From Euprymna scolopes (lineage: Eukaryota), in the NCBI GenBank assembly GCA_053919585.1, contig CM132809.1: a stretch of DNA of 64,000 nucleotides; one strand, written 5' to 3'. Below are positions 1 through 12,773 of this stretch, one piece after another; the stretch's first letter is position 1; every line of letters begins with the position of its first letter. The notes beneath the pieces are model-generated. The model was not told the origin of the DNA. It worked only from the letters and a program-made list of their open reading frames with translations, and did no database searches. The translations under genes were made by a program, and so were the position numbers.

Positions 1-46
<46 letters not shown>
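1..46. repeat. (TA)n microsatellite
   Basis: Pure AT dinucleotide run. Similar runs lie at about 6180-6252, 6820-6882, 8621-8679, 10744-10920, 12237-12287, 12693-12768, 17723-17776, 22776-22845, 25815-25890, 46868-46940, 49577-49652 and 61609-61675. Confidence 0.99.
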
Positions 47-49
<3 letters not shown>

Positions 50-234
50 ACTATACATCTCGCGGGCGTGTTTAAATTTATTTAACCCTCCAAAACTTTA
101 AACCAACTTCGGATTTTGTCATGAGACACGTGACCAAATTTCAACAGACCGATGTTAATGGCGCAACCAGACTAAATTATAGTCGTCGTTAGGCCATCAT
201 ATTACGGTAGCCACGGTAGTGACGTGGATGGGAA

Positions 235-640
235 TTAAAATATTTCTGATGCTGGGTGTTTGCTGTCGAAGTTTCTGATCCATTTTTTTCTAATTTTGCA
301 GTACTTCTTCGCCGTAATAGTTTCACCTGCATTCAAAAACTGTATGAAACGAATCGCAGACCGCCATACAGTCAGAATGGATTCCTTTGTGTAACTCTGT
401 CATATTGAAGTGTAATGGAGCTTCGTTGCCATATAACTATTCAGCCGAGTGTCGGCGGTTTCCATATTAACACCACATTCCATCGAAAGTATCAACCAGG
501 TGGAGAAAGATGTACTTGTTTCGTAAAAGACGAGAAGATAACATTTTAAAACAGCGTTGCTTTTGGTTCTTGTTCGATTTGTGAGGCATCTATTTATTAA
601 ACTTATTTTTCCTTTCCATTCGTTTTCAGCTCGCTATTGA
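235..640 (-). pseudogene. Degenerate mariner transposase fragment (Hsmar1/SETMAR-like)
   Basis: Minus-strand translation with stops and frameshifts gives K*MPHKSNKNQKQRCFKMLSSRLLRNK..FLHLVDTFDGMWC*YGNRRHSAE*L..NEAPLHF and FLNAGETITAKKYCK. These are collinear with mariner WVPHEL / VTCDEKWILYDNRRR / FLNPGETITSEKY. Confidence 0.8.
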
Positions 641-898
641 TATTTAAGACACCATGCAATTTCTAAAACAACGATTGTGCTGTATGGTATGGACCAAACG
701 CTCTATTGATATCGAACTGTTTCAGCAGATTTTCGGCTTGTTTCGAAGTAAAAAAGAATTGTACGAATTAATTTTTTTCATTGTTAATTCCAACGTTCTG
801 AAAAAAAAGTGATAATTGTGTTTATATGATTGTAATTAAATTGATAATGTAGGTCGCAAAATCTTATTTTTAATTATATATAAAATCCTAGTATTATG

Positions 899-1580
899 AA
901 AAATAATTATTTGAAAGTACATAATTTAAAATCAAAATGGACAAGTTCAGAATATCATTTTCTCAACGTAATAAGGAAGTCTAGACTAAACACGAGATGT
1001 TGATGAACACATAATGCGGTTGGTTCCTTTTTATTATTAGGAAGTCTCAAAATAAAGACGAAACTTTGATAAACACATGATACGGTCTGTTCCTTTTTAT
1101 TTCTTATTTTGTCGGAATANNNNNNNNNNNNNNNNNNNNNNNNNNNNNNNNNNNNNNNNNNNNNNNNNNNNNNNNNNNNNNNNNNNNNNNNNNNNNNNNN
1201 NNNNNNNNNNNNNNNNNNNNNNNNNNNNNNNNNNNNNNNNNNNNNNNNNNNNNNNNNNNNNNNNNNNNNNTGTGAGGAGAATGATTTAGAAAGAGTAAGC
1301 ATTGAACGCGATTTTAAATTATGTATAAATGTATTATATTATGACAAAGACATTATTTGAAAGTACATAATTTAAAGTCAAAATGAACAATCTCAGATCA
1401 TTTTCACAACTTAATACACAGTTTATATATTTGCATAGGCACACACACACACCCACCCACACATACACCCCCCACACACACCCACACGCACATATATATA
1501 TTTATATGTGTGTGTGTATGTGTATGCGTGCGTGCGTGTAAGGAGAATGATTGAGAAAGAGGAAGCATTTAATGTACAAA
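899..1580. repeat. Local degenerate tandem duplication spanning an assembly gap
   Basis: TTGAAAGTACATAATTTAAA.TCAAAATG occurs at 911 and 1357. GGAGAATGATT.AGAAAGAG.AAGCATT occurs near 1276 and 1542. There is an internal ~66-bp duplication at 970-1105. Confidence 0.7.
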
Positions 1581-2771
1581 CAGTGACTAATATAAAATTA
1601 CACTTCATGTGCGTGATAATTTAAAGGTATTTTCAAAGTAAATGATGAATTAATATTTAAATAGGTATAGTTAAATATTTTATGTTGCACTTCATTTTTT
1701 TATCAAAAGCTCTTTGGCTGGATATTTCCGCTTTTTATATGACAGGCTTTTTCATCTCATAATGTAATTTGTATAAGTTTTGATGTCATTTTATAAAAGT
1801 ATTTGCTTTGAAGATTAATTTTTGCCTGATTGGTAAATGCCTTATATTTTAGTCCGTTAATCAGCAATATGATTTTGCGGGTATATGCTTTTTTCCAGAA
1901 GATTAATTTGATAAAACCTGTATTAATATATTCTAACGTATGGCAAATACGAAAGCATAGTAAAAAACATTATTAAAAATAAGCATACATTTTTTTTTGC
2001 GTTTCCATTAAATTTACCTTTGATATCTTTGAAGGAACTCACCTAAACACAGGTTTTGAAATTTAGCAAATGGTAAAGAAAAATACGTGTATGACGTAAC
2101 CCTTACTCCTCAATAACTACATTAAATAGTATGGTCTCATCCGCTATGTAGTCCGATGAATACACATGCTTCATAAAACATATATGTATCGAAAGTATTC
2201 TCAATGAGCCTTCTAGTCACATATCTAAATTCATATTCATTAAAAATTAAAATCACTCAAGATGTAATTTAATATGCATTTTGTTTAATTATTCACGCGT
2301 ATTTTCTTAATACAAAAATTGAGTTTAGGTCTTGTTTCGGCTGAACTAGCTATTTTTACACTCGGCTTCTTGTATCTTTTAATTCTAATAAAAGCTGAAT
2401 ATTCTTAAAATCTCAGAGCATCGTTGTTAGGCGTTTTTTTTTTCATAAAGAAACTAATCTGTTAGATAACTCTAATTTCTATTTTATAAAGTGCTGCCGA
2501 AAAAAATGATGAACGTCTTATCAGAATGAAGTGTGATCATGAATTGATTTAAATCTGCAAATCTGCATTGTCTCATGTTTTCATCTCTGGGAAATTATGA
2601 AAGGTTATACTATAGGAAAAACCTCTAAAACTATATTTATGGAACATACTATTCCAGATGTTTGATAGGATTTCAGTTATAACTAATCCTTTCGATAATA
2701 TCATATTTTAAACCATAACCTAACGTTCTGGGAATAAACTTTAATGTACAGTACACTGCTTCATTATTAGA

Positions 2772-3851
2772 CAAGCATTCCAGCCCAAGTTGCCAGAGTG
2801 TTTGGTGGTGTATGTTTAGCAAAAAAGCGTTTATTTTAAATTTGATCCCGATTATGCGTCCTTAACATTCGGTGTTTTGGGGTCAAATCAAGTTATTAAG
2901 TTTGACTGATGTCCAAGGAACCTATATCTAAAATGTCAAGTGTTTAGACCCAAAATTGTCGGAGGAGTTTGATAGAGATCTCAAAGATCAAATCGTGTAA
3001 CGTTGACCCATTACTAGCCAAATATTAGGCCGAAAATAGATTATAAAAATGTTCCACACCCTCAGTACACTGTACATTAAATTTCGGGTCTGTAAACCAA
3101 AAATTGGGAGAGTTATTGCGTAGGGTAAGGTAAAAAGACAGACACACAGCCAACCATACACTTTTATAGATATACTAGCATGCGGGCCCGGCGTTGCCCG
3201 GGTATTTGGGGGTGTATGTTGAGCAACAAATAAGAGCAGTCTATTTAAAAAAAAAATAACCCCTATTCTGTCCCCTTAACATTTATTGTTTTGGGCTCAA
3301 ATTAAGTTATTGAGTTAGATCCATGGCAAAGCAACAGATATCTATCTAACATTTCAAGTGTTTAGACCCAAAAGTGCCGGAGAAGTTTGGTAGATTTCTC
3401 AAAGGTCAAATAGTTAAATTTTGACCTAGTGACAGCCAAATTTCTGGGCGAAAACCGATCACATAGATTTTCCCACATCTCACAACCCTGTATATGAAAT
3501 TTCGAATCTGTAGACTAAAAATTGACATTATTGTTGCGTAGGAAAATGTGCACAAACAGACACACAGAGACACAGATACACAGGCATGTTCACTTTTATA
3601 GATATACTAGCATGGGTGTGCGGCGTTGCCCGGGCATTTGGAGGTGTATATTGAGCAAAAAAAAACCACTAAATTGTCTAAAATTTGACCCCTATTATGC
3701 CCCTTACAATTCATTGCGTTGGGGTGAAATCAAGTTATTAAGCTAGATCCATGTCAAAGGGACCTATACCTAAATTATCAAGTGTTTAGATCCAAAATTG
3801 TCAAATGAGCTTGGTAGAGTTCTTAAAGGTCAAATCGTTGAACTTTGACCT
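2772..3851 (-). mobile_element. Tandem array of three ~430-bp non-autonomous Helitron units (third truncated)
   Basis: Units start at 2772, 3175 and 3607. On the minus strand each reads TCTATAAAAG..(TGTC)n.. then a 3' hairpin (CCCGGGCAACGCCGGG in unit 2) and CTAG (degenerate in unit 1), the standard Helitron end signature. Confidence 0.85.
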
Positions 3852-5477
3852 CAGATAATTTCTGGTCTAAACATTTGAAATTTGACAGAAAGGATATGCA
3901 AAGATAGGGCAAGCTTTTTAATCGGTTTAGTTCGAAAATTTTTAGTTACCAATATATAAATGTATGTGTGTATGTTTGCATGTCTGCCTAACACTTTCGA
4001 ATGTGATGACGGATCTTTCCTAGATCAGTATTGTTTTGAAGTTCGAACATTTAAACGATAAATATTGAAAAATTGCTTAAAAACATAAATATCTTCACCT
4101 TCTACTGGGCAGTTTTCTACAGAGGGGCGCTTTATTCACCGATATTTTTTTTAAATCACCCCCTCCTTTCGATTGTCTAGCTTAATTTAAACATATGTCT
4201 GTACGTCAAGACGAATGCTTGATATAATAAGCCTCTTTCTAAAATCCATAGAAATATGAGATAATTCTAGACGTATGTCCATGTACATTATATTATAGTA
4301 ATGCTGGCGTGAACATAGAAAGCGATAGAGTATTATGCCTATTATTTTCAAAATGCACATCTGGATAAATGTGACTGTGAGATCTATATTGGTGATTTAC
4401 CTCATACTGTAACATGCCTGTCAAACAACGAATGTTTTAAATAACACCAGTAACGGTATTCTGACGTAAATATAGAGTAACATAAAATCTCACAATGGGT
4501 CAGAAGCTAGAGTATCATTTTGGTCTTATATCACCAAACCCCATAAATTGAGACATATACACAATATATTGCGAAGGCATCTGAGATAAACAAAACATCT
4601 TATAAAGATGAACGTTAGCTATCTTACACTAAAACAAAATTCGGCCATTCACGTAGTGCTGTCTCAATCTCTAAACGTGTTAAAAACAGTATATTCTTCC
4701 TATAAACAGATCCTAAGTAAACGTATAAGATTTTCAATTAAATATTAGAAATGCCCCATCGTTGCAATTTTATATCCGTCTGCTAAGGTTACATGTAACT
4801 ATGTGTGACGAGGTGGGACGACATTACCCATAATCGTCCAATTCTTACTCGGACACACCAACCAAGTAGAAACATCGTATTTACAATGTGGTGGCAAAAC
4901 TATCGGACACTTAATTACTATTACAGTTTATCTCATCGAAATACTTGAATGTAGAATCCCTTCTCAATTTTCTGGGTTATTAATTGCATTGGATTGAAGA
5001 AACGCTATTGTAAATTTAAAAGACATGTTGCTAACTGTTTACTTGTATACATCGTATCTAATAGTAGAAACATTTGTACTAATTGTCATTCGCCTCATTA
5101 GGAAGTAAAATAACACGTAATGTTTATAGTTAAATTATAATTGTAGCGTGTAATTTCCGAGAACAGTGCAATTGAAATATTGTATTGCAAAAAATAATTA
5201 TCATTGCAAAATTTAAAAGTTTTCATAAATATCTGAGACCATATGAACCCAATTACAAAAACCTGAATTGCAATTATTGTTTGATCTTCATTGAATTTAA
5301 TATATGACGTATAATATTAATTCGAAACGGATTATAAAAATTCCCTATAAAATTTTATAAGAAGACGTAATATATACCTTGCTCCTGAACAGACATTCGA
5401 AAATATTATAAAATTACAACTAACATTCCGCAAAACTTTAATTATAAGCCCTGTAATAAATATTAATTTATTATTGA

Positions 5478-5757
5478 ATCTTATAAATCTTCCTAATGTC
5501 TGTCTGTCGGTGTGTGTAGGGGGGTGAGTGACGCGGTTTATCTCCGCCTACAAGCAACCCACTCAAGCAAGTTAGGGATAACGATGAGGCTTATGCACCC
5601 GGGATGTTTTACTGATATTTATATCCATGTTTGGTGTATGGAAATGCAAAAAAAAAAAAAAAAATGAAAAAAAAAATAACGATTTATTAAACAACGTTTT
5701 ATTTACTGGATATTTTCTGGTACAAGGGCGCAAGCTTGCCCAGCTTGGCAAACTAGG
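5478..5757 (+). mobile_element. Possible short non-autonomous Helitron
   Basis: (TGTC)n lies near the 5' end, and the 3' end has a TTGCCCAGCTTGGCAA hairpin followed by ACTAG. Confidence 0.4.
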
Positions 5758-5931
5758 GTTCTTGAGTTTGAAAAATAGTCTGTATTATTCCATACATCAC
5801 CGTAATTCGTAGACACAAATTAAAATTGTTCTTCTTCAACAATTTTCGAAGGTTGATTAAACATGTGTGCGTTCCTGTTTTATTGCTTGACTAGTATTCC
5901 AAAACACGAGTAAACAGACATAGGCAAATAT

Positions 5932-6176
5932 GATAGGTAAGCGTGTATATCTGCTTGGCCCTCGGCTAGCATTTGAAGTGCAGTCGCATCTCTCTCGCCG
6001 GTGTTGGAATTACTAGCGCTATTTATAGTGCTAATCGGTGTAAATTCGTCTGTTCAAATAAGGCTGGTATAACACTTACTACCTAGCTCGACCTACGCAT
6101 TGAGCACTGTTGAAGTAAATACGTAAAGTTTACGTATCAATTTATACTATCGGATATTAATTTATGTGATTAAATG

Positions 6177-6180
<4 letters not shown>
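5932..6180 (+). repeat. Left arm of 249-bp inverted repeat (truncated copy of the hammerhead-bearing element)
   Basis: Reverse complement of 6881-7129, with 2 mismatches by eye. It ends AAATGAAAT followed by (AT)n. Confidence 0.95.
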
Positions 6181-6254
<74 letters not shown>

Positions 6255-6817
6255 AATGATAATGAGTAGATTAAAGCTTGATATTATGGTTTTAAATGAT
6301 TTGAAATAACAGAAAAGGTATAATTGATTCTATATTTTCTCATATATTATACCTCCGCTCTTTTGACAATAGGGAACAATTATGAATATCTCCAGCGGCA
6401 AATAATCTTTATGCACTGTGAAACGTACTTTATGTTGGAAAACAAAATAAAAGCAACTATAAAATATAAGAACTATTCTAATCATGTCTCACCTTCTGTA
6501 ATTTCAGATCATTTGAAACCATAGTAGGAAATTTTAGTCTCTCCTCACTCAATGCCAGAGATTTCGGGGAAATATGAGATATTTGGTAATTTATATACAG
6601 GACAAGGAAAATGCTATTGTTAAAATATTTTATGGCTACAAAAGTGTAAAAAAATAGGCTATGATAATTGGATTTCTCTCTTTATGTGCGACCTGAGAAG
6701 TAGCAGTAACATATTCCACTGCACAATATACATAATTAGCTTTCCAACAAACCTTCATTTTTACATTCTTATCAATTGTTGCAGTAATTTCGAACTCATA
6801 AATTTTCCAAAACAGGC

Positions 6818-6880
<63 letters not shown>

Positions 6881-6884
<4 letters not shown>

Positions 6885-7973
6885 CATTTAATCACATAAA
6901 TTAATATCCGATAGTATAAATTGATACGTAAACTTTACGTATTTACTTCAACAGTGCTCAATGCGTAGGTCGAGCTAGGTAGTAAGTGTTATACCAGCCT
7001 TACTTGAACGGACGAATTTACACCGATTAGCACTATAAATAGCGCTAGTAATTCCAACACCGGCGAGAGAGATGCGACTGCACTTCAAATGCTAGCCGAG
7101 GGCCAAGCAGATATACACGCTTACCTATCTTTGCACATTATTGTTAATACACTCGTTCCTTAACTTGACCTCGGCGTGATTGCTCTTATTTCAACGGTTG
7201 TTCCATGACACAGCAGATTGGCGAGAAGGAATCGAAACGATAGTCACTGCAGATAATCACCAAAAGTGATTGGAATAAAGATTCGTAAAATCTTCCCGGC
7301 AGAATGCCGTTGTCATTTCAACAGATATTTGGATACGCAATTATTAACAACGATTTAATTACTACAATATTACTTTGCCGACGGGGGAAAAACTTGCTAC
7401 CAAAATCTGCAAGAACGTCTCTTTTCCATAGGCGAGATAAATGTATAAAAGTCATATTTTCAAAGGAGGGTGTAATACCGGCCTTCCTTGAACAGCTCTA
7501 TAAAAACCGCTAGTAATTCCAACACCGGTGAGAGAGATTTAGCTGCATATCAATTGCTAGCTTAGTACCCAGCAGATATACACGCTTTCCTATCGTTGTA
7601 CATTATTGTTTATACACTATTTCCTTAATTGAACCTCGACTTGATTGTTTTTTTTTCACTATTGTTTCACGACAAAACATTAAGTTAAAAATATATATGG
7701 CGATTAATCTACACAGAATATTCCGCGTTTCGTCCCCGCTAGGATTCATCAGGCTCATGCGAGAATTTTTTGGTTGACTTGGGTTTAAATATACCACCTT
7801 TTATTGAGTTTTTTGTTAGCCTATCAGCTTTCGAACTTCCACTATACCCTTCCTAATCAGCCAATGAGCAGGCACTCACAGGGCATATGCCTACTCGAAC
7901 CCCGGTTGCTCCGTTCTTTGGTGGGCGTGCTATTTTGTGCGGGAAGTCCTGACCTATTTTAAATATAGGTTAA
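6881..7973 (-). mobile_element. Non-coding hammerhead-containing repeat (Penelope pLTR-like / retrozyme-like), long copy
   Basis: Contains a hammerhead core at 7705-7757 and an internal ~220-bp direct duplication (6991-7214 vs 7473-7680). It ends in (TA)n and is homologous to 14428-14756. Confidence 0.7.
7705..7757 (-). ncRNA. Minimal type-I hammerhead ribozyme (slightly degenerate)
   Basis: Minus strand reads tgagc-CTGATGA-atcc-tagcgg-ggac-GAAA-cgcggaatattctgtg-TA-gatta. The core is intact and stem III is quasi-palindromic. Stems I and II each have one mismatch. Confidence 0.75.
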
Positions 7974-8617
7974 TTTTTTTCTAGTGCATATTATTGAATG
8001 TATATTTGTGGTCATAATATCGAGTTTGGAAATCTAAGGAAGTCATACTTTCGTAATATTTCTTGTTATTCGGGTTATCTTTCGCAAATATTGTAGCCTG
8101 GTAAACTATGCTTTTTGTTAGACGACCTTTTTGAAGTGAGCAAAGTGTGCATTTATCTTGTTCGTTATTACTATTTTTTATTTTTATTTCTAGTNNNNNN
8201 NNNNNNNNNNNNNNNNNNNNNNNNNNNNNNNNNNNNNNNNNNNNNNNNNNNNNNNNNNNNNNNNNNNNNNNNNNNNNNNNNNNNNNNNNNNNNNNNNNNN
8301 NNNNNNNNNNNNNNNNNNNNNNTAGAGGTGATAATTAAATCATATAATAACAAAATATTGAATAAAAGTAATGAAACAACAACAACATTACCAATACAAA
8401 GTAGGCATCATGACAAAAATAAAAGAAACACGAAGAAAAATAATAATAGCTTAATCGCCATATATATATATCATAACTTACTATATACACATATGTTCAT
8501 ATATTTGATATTCTGAGGCATTTGAATATTACAATATTTTTGTTATTGTGGAAATTTAAAGAAAATTTGTAAAGAAATGACTTTCATTTTCCAACAAATT
8601 ACACATGTTTAAATGTG

Positions 8618-8682
<65 letters not shown>

Positions 8683-8752
8683 TCCTGGACAGCAGCTTTA
8701 CTTTTGAAGCTTTAGTTGCCTTTCCTATCGCTTTTTTCAGGCTACTAATAAA

Positions 8753-9401
8753 CTATACCCGGCCACGCGTTGCTGTGGTTAAGTGTGTTTTAATGGAACT
8801 TGACAAACAGTAAACGTAGAGAAAGTTTTTAAAGTTCATTTACAACTTATTTTTATCAACCTGTGTTACGAAATATAGAGAAAAAAAACCTATACCCCGC
8901 AGAACTTCAAAAATCACAATTGTTCTACACAAAACAAAATAATGTCGATTTAGTTCTTCAACTTTTGTACATTAGTGGATTGCCAGTTGAACCGGATGGA
9001 TAATTGATGGAAACTCTTCAAGGGACCGTTTTTGAAATTTCGTTATTTTTGCAATTTTTGGAGAAGATTATTGCGATTTCAAACTAACAAATTAAACAAA
9101 TATGCCCGAAAAATTTAATATTTACATTTTTTTTAAAGAGTTTCGATTAAATTACAAGTATTGTATAATCTAGATACCTGGAAGTGAGCTTATATAATAT
9201 ATTTTGCATAAATACTTAACCGGCAAACAAAAATGTCGATGACAAGTCTATTCAAGACACGGGCGTTTATGTCAAAGCCAGGCAAACTTTTGGGACGCAA
9301 AATCCCTGGTCAGTATATGACAGTATTTTTGCGACCAAATCTTGATGGGAACATCGTCGTCATGCGGGGCAAATAAAAAGAGATACAAAGGAATAGAGAG
9401 T

Positions 9402-9444
<43 letters not shown>

Positions 9445-10066
9445 CGAAAGGAGTAGTAGCAACGTAACTTCTGCACACCACTGCCCAAGTCCGAGACGCA
9501 CGCCATTAGATTTGTCAATCTGTCATTTAAAACTAAAAGCTTATAATTAAAAAAAAATATATGATATAATTTTATAATAAGCTGCATGCGGTGTTATATT
9601 TTAACCACCCAGTATTAAGTTCATTAATTGACAAAAGTAATTATTTTTTTAAATAAATAGACTTAAACACAATCGAGGATGCGACTATCCGAGTAAAATA
9701 TAAAACTAAGAGGTACTACCCTTTTTTCAATTCTTTCAGCAGATTATTATCGTTCAGAAATCCATTTACCAGAGTGTGCATTTCTATTTAGTATAAAAAT
9801 TCAATATTTAGATATGTTCATGGACCGTACACTTTCTTATACAACTTTATTATATTAAGCGGGTTTTAAGTCAAATATTTAAAAAAAAAACACCTTGTTC
9901 GAACATATTTAAAAATATGAATTATATACGATGATTTATAATATTAAATAATCATAATAAAATGTTTTAGTGATATTCTGCAACCATATATTATTTCTAA
10001 AAATGTGTGCATATGCATTGATCCTACAGCCTAAACGAATGTTGTAAAATATTACTATTTTATAGA
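8753..10066 (-). mobile_element. Non-autonomous Helitron, ~1.3 kb
   Basis: Minus strand begins TCTATAAAATAG and ends with a CCACAGCAACGCGTGG hairpin, then CCGGGT-ATAG (a CTAG variant). It is flanked by A and T and has an internal (GA)n at 9403-9440. Confidence 0.7.
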
Positions 10067-10426
10067 TATAAAGTAACCAGTGAATAACCGCTGGTGATAT
10101 TCCCCTGTATGAAAAATAAAATCGTTACAATTTATCATATGAGCGATTGGTATAACGTTATAATCAAATGAAAATATTGTACTAAAATGTCGAAGGCTTC
10201 TTGCTAGTAGGTTTTTAAATCATTAGTAAGTAATTATCAAGCATTCACAGAAAACCACACACCCCACACTCCCATATAAACACACACACACACACCCTCA
10301 TATAAACACACACACATATATTATATATATATATATATATATACATACATAATGTGTGTATGGGTATGTGCATATATACATATATAATGTATGCATGGGT
10401 ATATGCACATATATATACATACATAC

Positions 10427-10460
<34 letters not shown>

Positions 10461-10739
10461 GCACATTTAAAATTTTAGCTTTATATTTTTCAACTAATTA
10501 AGTGTAAAATGGTTAATACAAGAATTCTCAATACCAAAATTATGGAAAACGTGCATTGATATTTAAACGTAACTATTAACATGTCACAACAAATCCATGC
10601 AGATGTATTACGACGCAAGTTACAACATAAAATATAATAATGAATGTCGCTTAAAGAGGTCTCCTGTATCTTGTAACTGACAAGCGAACATGGCCATGAA
10701 TTTGAAGGGGTATACTAATGTTTTTGTAAAACAAAAAAA

Positions 10740-10801
<62 letters not shown>

Positions 10802-10853
10802 GATAAAAAGTATATACTGAATACTCACAGAAACACACACACACACGCGAACC

Positions 10854-10920
<67 letters not shown>

Positions 10921-10921
<1 letters not shown>

Positions 10922-12235
10922 GACACAGTGATCACAACTTATCAAGGCCCGGAAGCCACTCAGGGATAAGGGTTATTGCAAGTACATTACGTTAGTGTGG
11001 AGATTTGTGAAGTGTTTACTTAAGGGGGCAATTCATTAGAATTTGGTAACATTGGACTTGAAGACATCCAAGTTGTAGTCCAGTGCGAAGCAGGCAGACG
11101 GAACAGAGTTCCACCGGCGTGCAGTTCTAAGAAAGAAGCTTTGTTCATGGAATGCGCGTTTTGATTTAGGCACAAATATAGAGTGACTTTTTCACAGTGG
11201 ATTCAGCAAGACGGGTGTTTTTCGTGAAAGATTGGCGAGGAGGGACCAGAGATTGGAATTCAGACGAGAACCTGCCATGGAAATAACGATAAAATAAGGA
11301 TAAGCTCGCAACGTCTCTTCTGTGGGAGAGAGGTTGCAGGGTAAAGAAAAGGGCATCCCCCCACTAAGCCACAAAGTCTATTTTGTACTCTGTCAGGATA
11401 GGCTGTATTTAGCAGCTCCTGCCCAGATATGGCAACAGTATTCCATCCTTGGACGTACTTGGTTTTTCTATAGATAGAGAATTGCATCAGTAATGAGATA
11501 TCTTCTGGATCGGTAGAAGAATCCCACCATCTGTCCAGCGAGCTTGGCAGCAGATTTGATGTACGTGTTCCATTTCATATCAGGTATAAAGGTCAAACCC
11601 AGAAGCTTGTCAAAACATGGGGCCTCACCCAGACGAGAGCCATCCATCACAATTGATGCAAGATGGGGATCAGAGCGTTGATGATGTAAGGATTGTTTTG
11701 GATGCATTAAAGGTAACCAGCCGCATCTTCCTCACTGAACCACGCGCTCGAGATCAGAGGAGAGAGAATCAGAGGGAACTTTATCATTTACAGCCTTTGA
11801 AGTTTTGCCGTAGATGGTCGTGTAATCAGCATAGATGTCAACGAATGATTTAAGTATGTGTTCAGGGAGGTCATTGATGTAGATCAGGAGGAGAGTTGGG
11901 CCCAGAATTGACCCCTGAGAGACTCCATCATTTATATTGCAGACCTCCGATTTTTGTCCATCTACCACTACTCTTATGAGCCTATCGGAGAGAAATGATT
12001 TAATGATTGAGAAAACATTTCCAGTTATACCGTAGCTGGAAATCTTGTGAAGTAGACCCTTATGCCATACCTTGTCGAAGGTATTTGATATGTCAAGAGC
12101 AATTGCCATAGAAAGGAAGCCTATGTCAAGAGAATCACTACTCCTGTGGGATATAATCGTCAGCACATCTGCGGTAGATCTTGCTGAGCGGAAACCATAT
12201 TGTGTGTCACTAAGGAGGTTATTCCTGCTGAGGTG

Positions 12236-12236
<1 letters not shown>
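10921..12236 (-). mobile_element. 5'-truncated non-LTR retrotransposon (CR1/jockey group), decayed RT
   Basis: RT motifs QYGFRSARST, ALDISNTFDKVWH, GVSQGSILGPTLLLIYINDLP, IYADYT and LLGLTF..DMKWNTYI, with frameshifts. The 3' end abuts (TA)n at 10920. Confidence 0.92.
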
Positions 12237-12280
<44 letters not shown>

Positions 12281-12292
<12 letters not shown>

Positions 12293-12691
12293 TGAACGTG
12301 TCTGTATGCCTGTCTGTCTGTCTGTGTACATTTCCCTACGCAATAACTCTGTCAATTTTTAGTCTATAGTCTCGAAATTTGAAATACCGGGTACTGAGAT
12401 ATGGGAGAATCGATGTGACGGGTATCAGCCAGAAATTTGGCTGTTAAGGGGTCAAATTTCAACGAATTGACCTTTAAGAACTCTACCAAACTCCTCCGAC
12501 AATTTTGGGTCTAGACACTTGAAAGTTTAGATATAGGCTACTTGAACCTGGATCTAATTTAATAAAGTGATTTGAGCCCGAAACTATAAATTTTAAGTGG
12601 TCATAATAGGGGTCAAATAAAAAAAATACTCTTTTTTTTTTTGCTCAGCATACACCTCCAAACACCCGGGCAACGCCGGGCTCAAATGCTA

Positions 12692-12692
<1 letters not shown>
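12281..12692 (+). mobile_element. Non-autonomous Helitron, same family as 2772-3851
   Basis: TATAAAAGTGAAC..(TGTC)n.., then the CCCGGGCAACGCCGGG hairpin (12665-12680) and CTAG (12689-12692). It sits between two (TA)n runs. Confidence 0.88.

Positions 12693-12773
<81 letters not shown>

Noticed and set aside
4883-4912. Tc1-like TIR (TACAATGTGGTGGCAAAACTATCGGACAC)
   Set aside because: No partner TIR or transposase was found.
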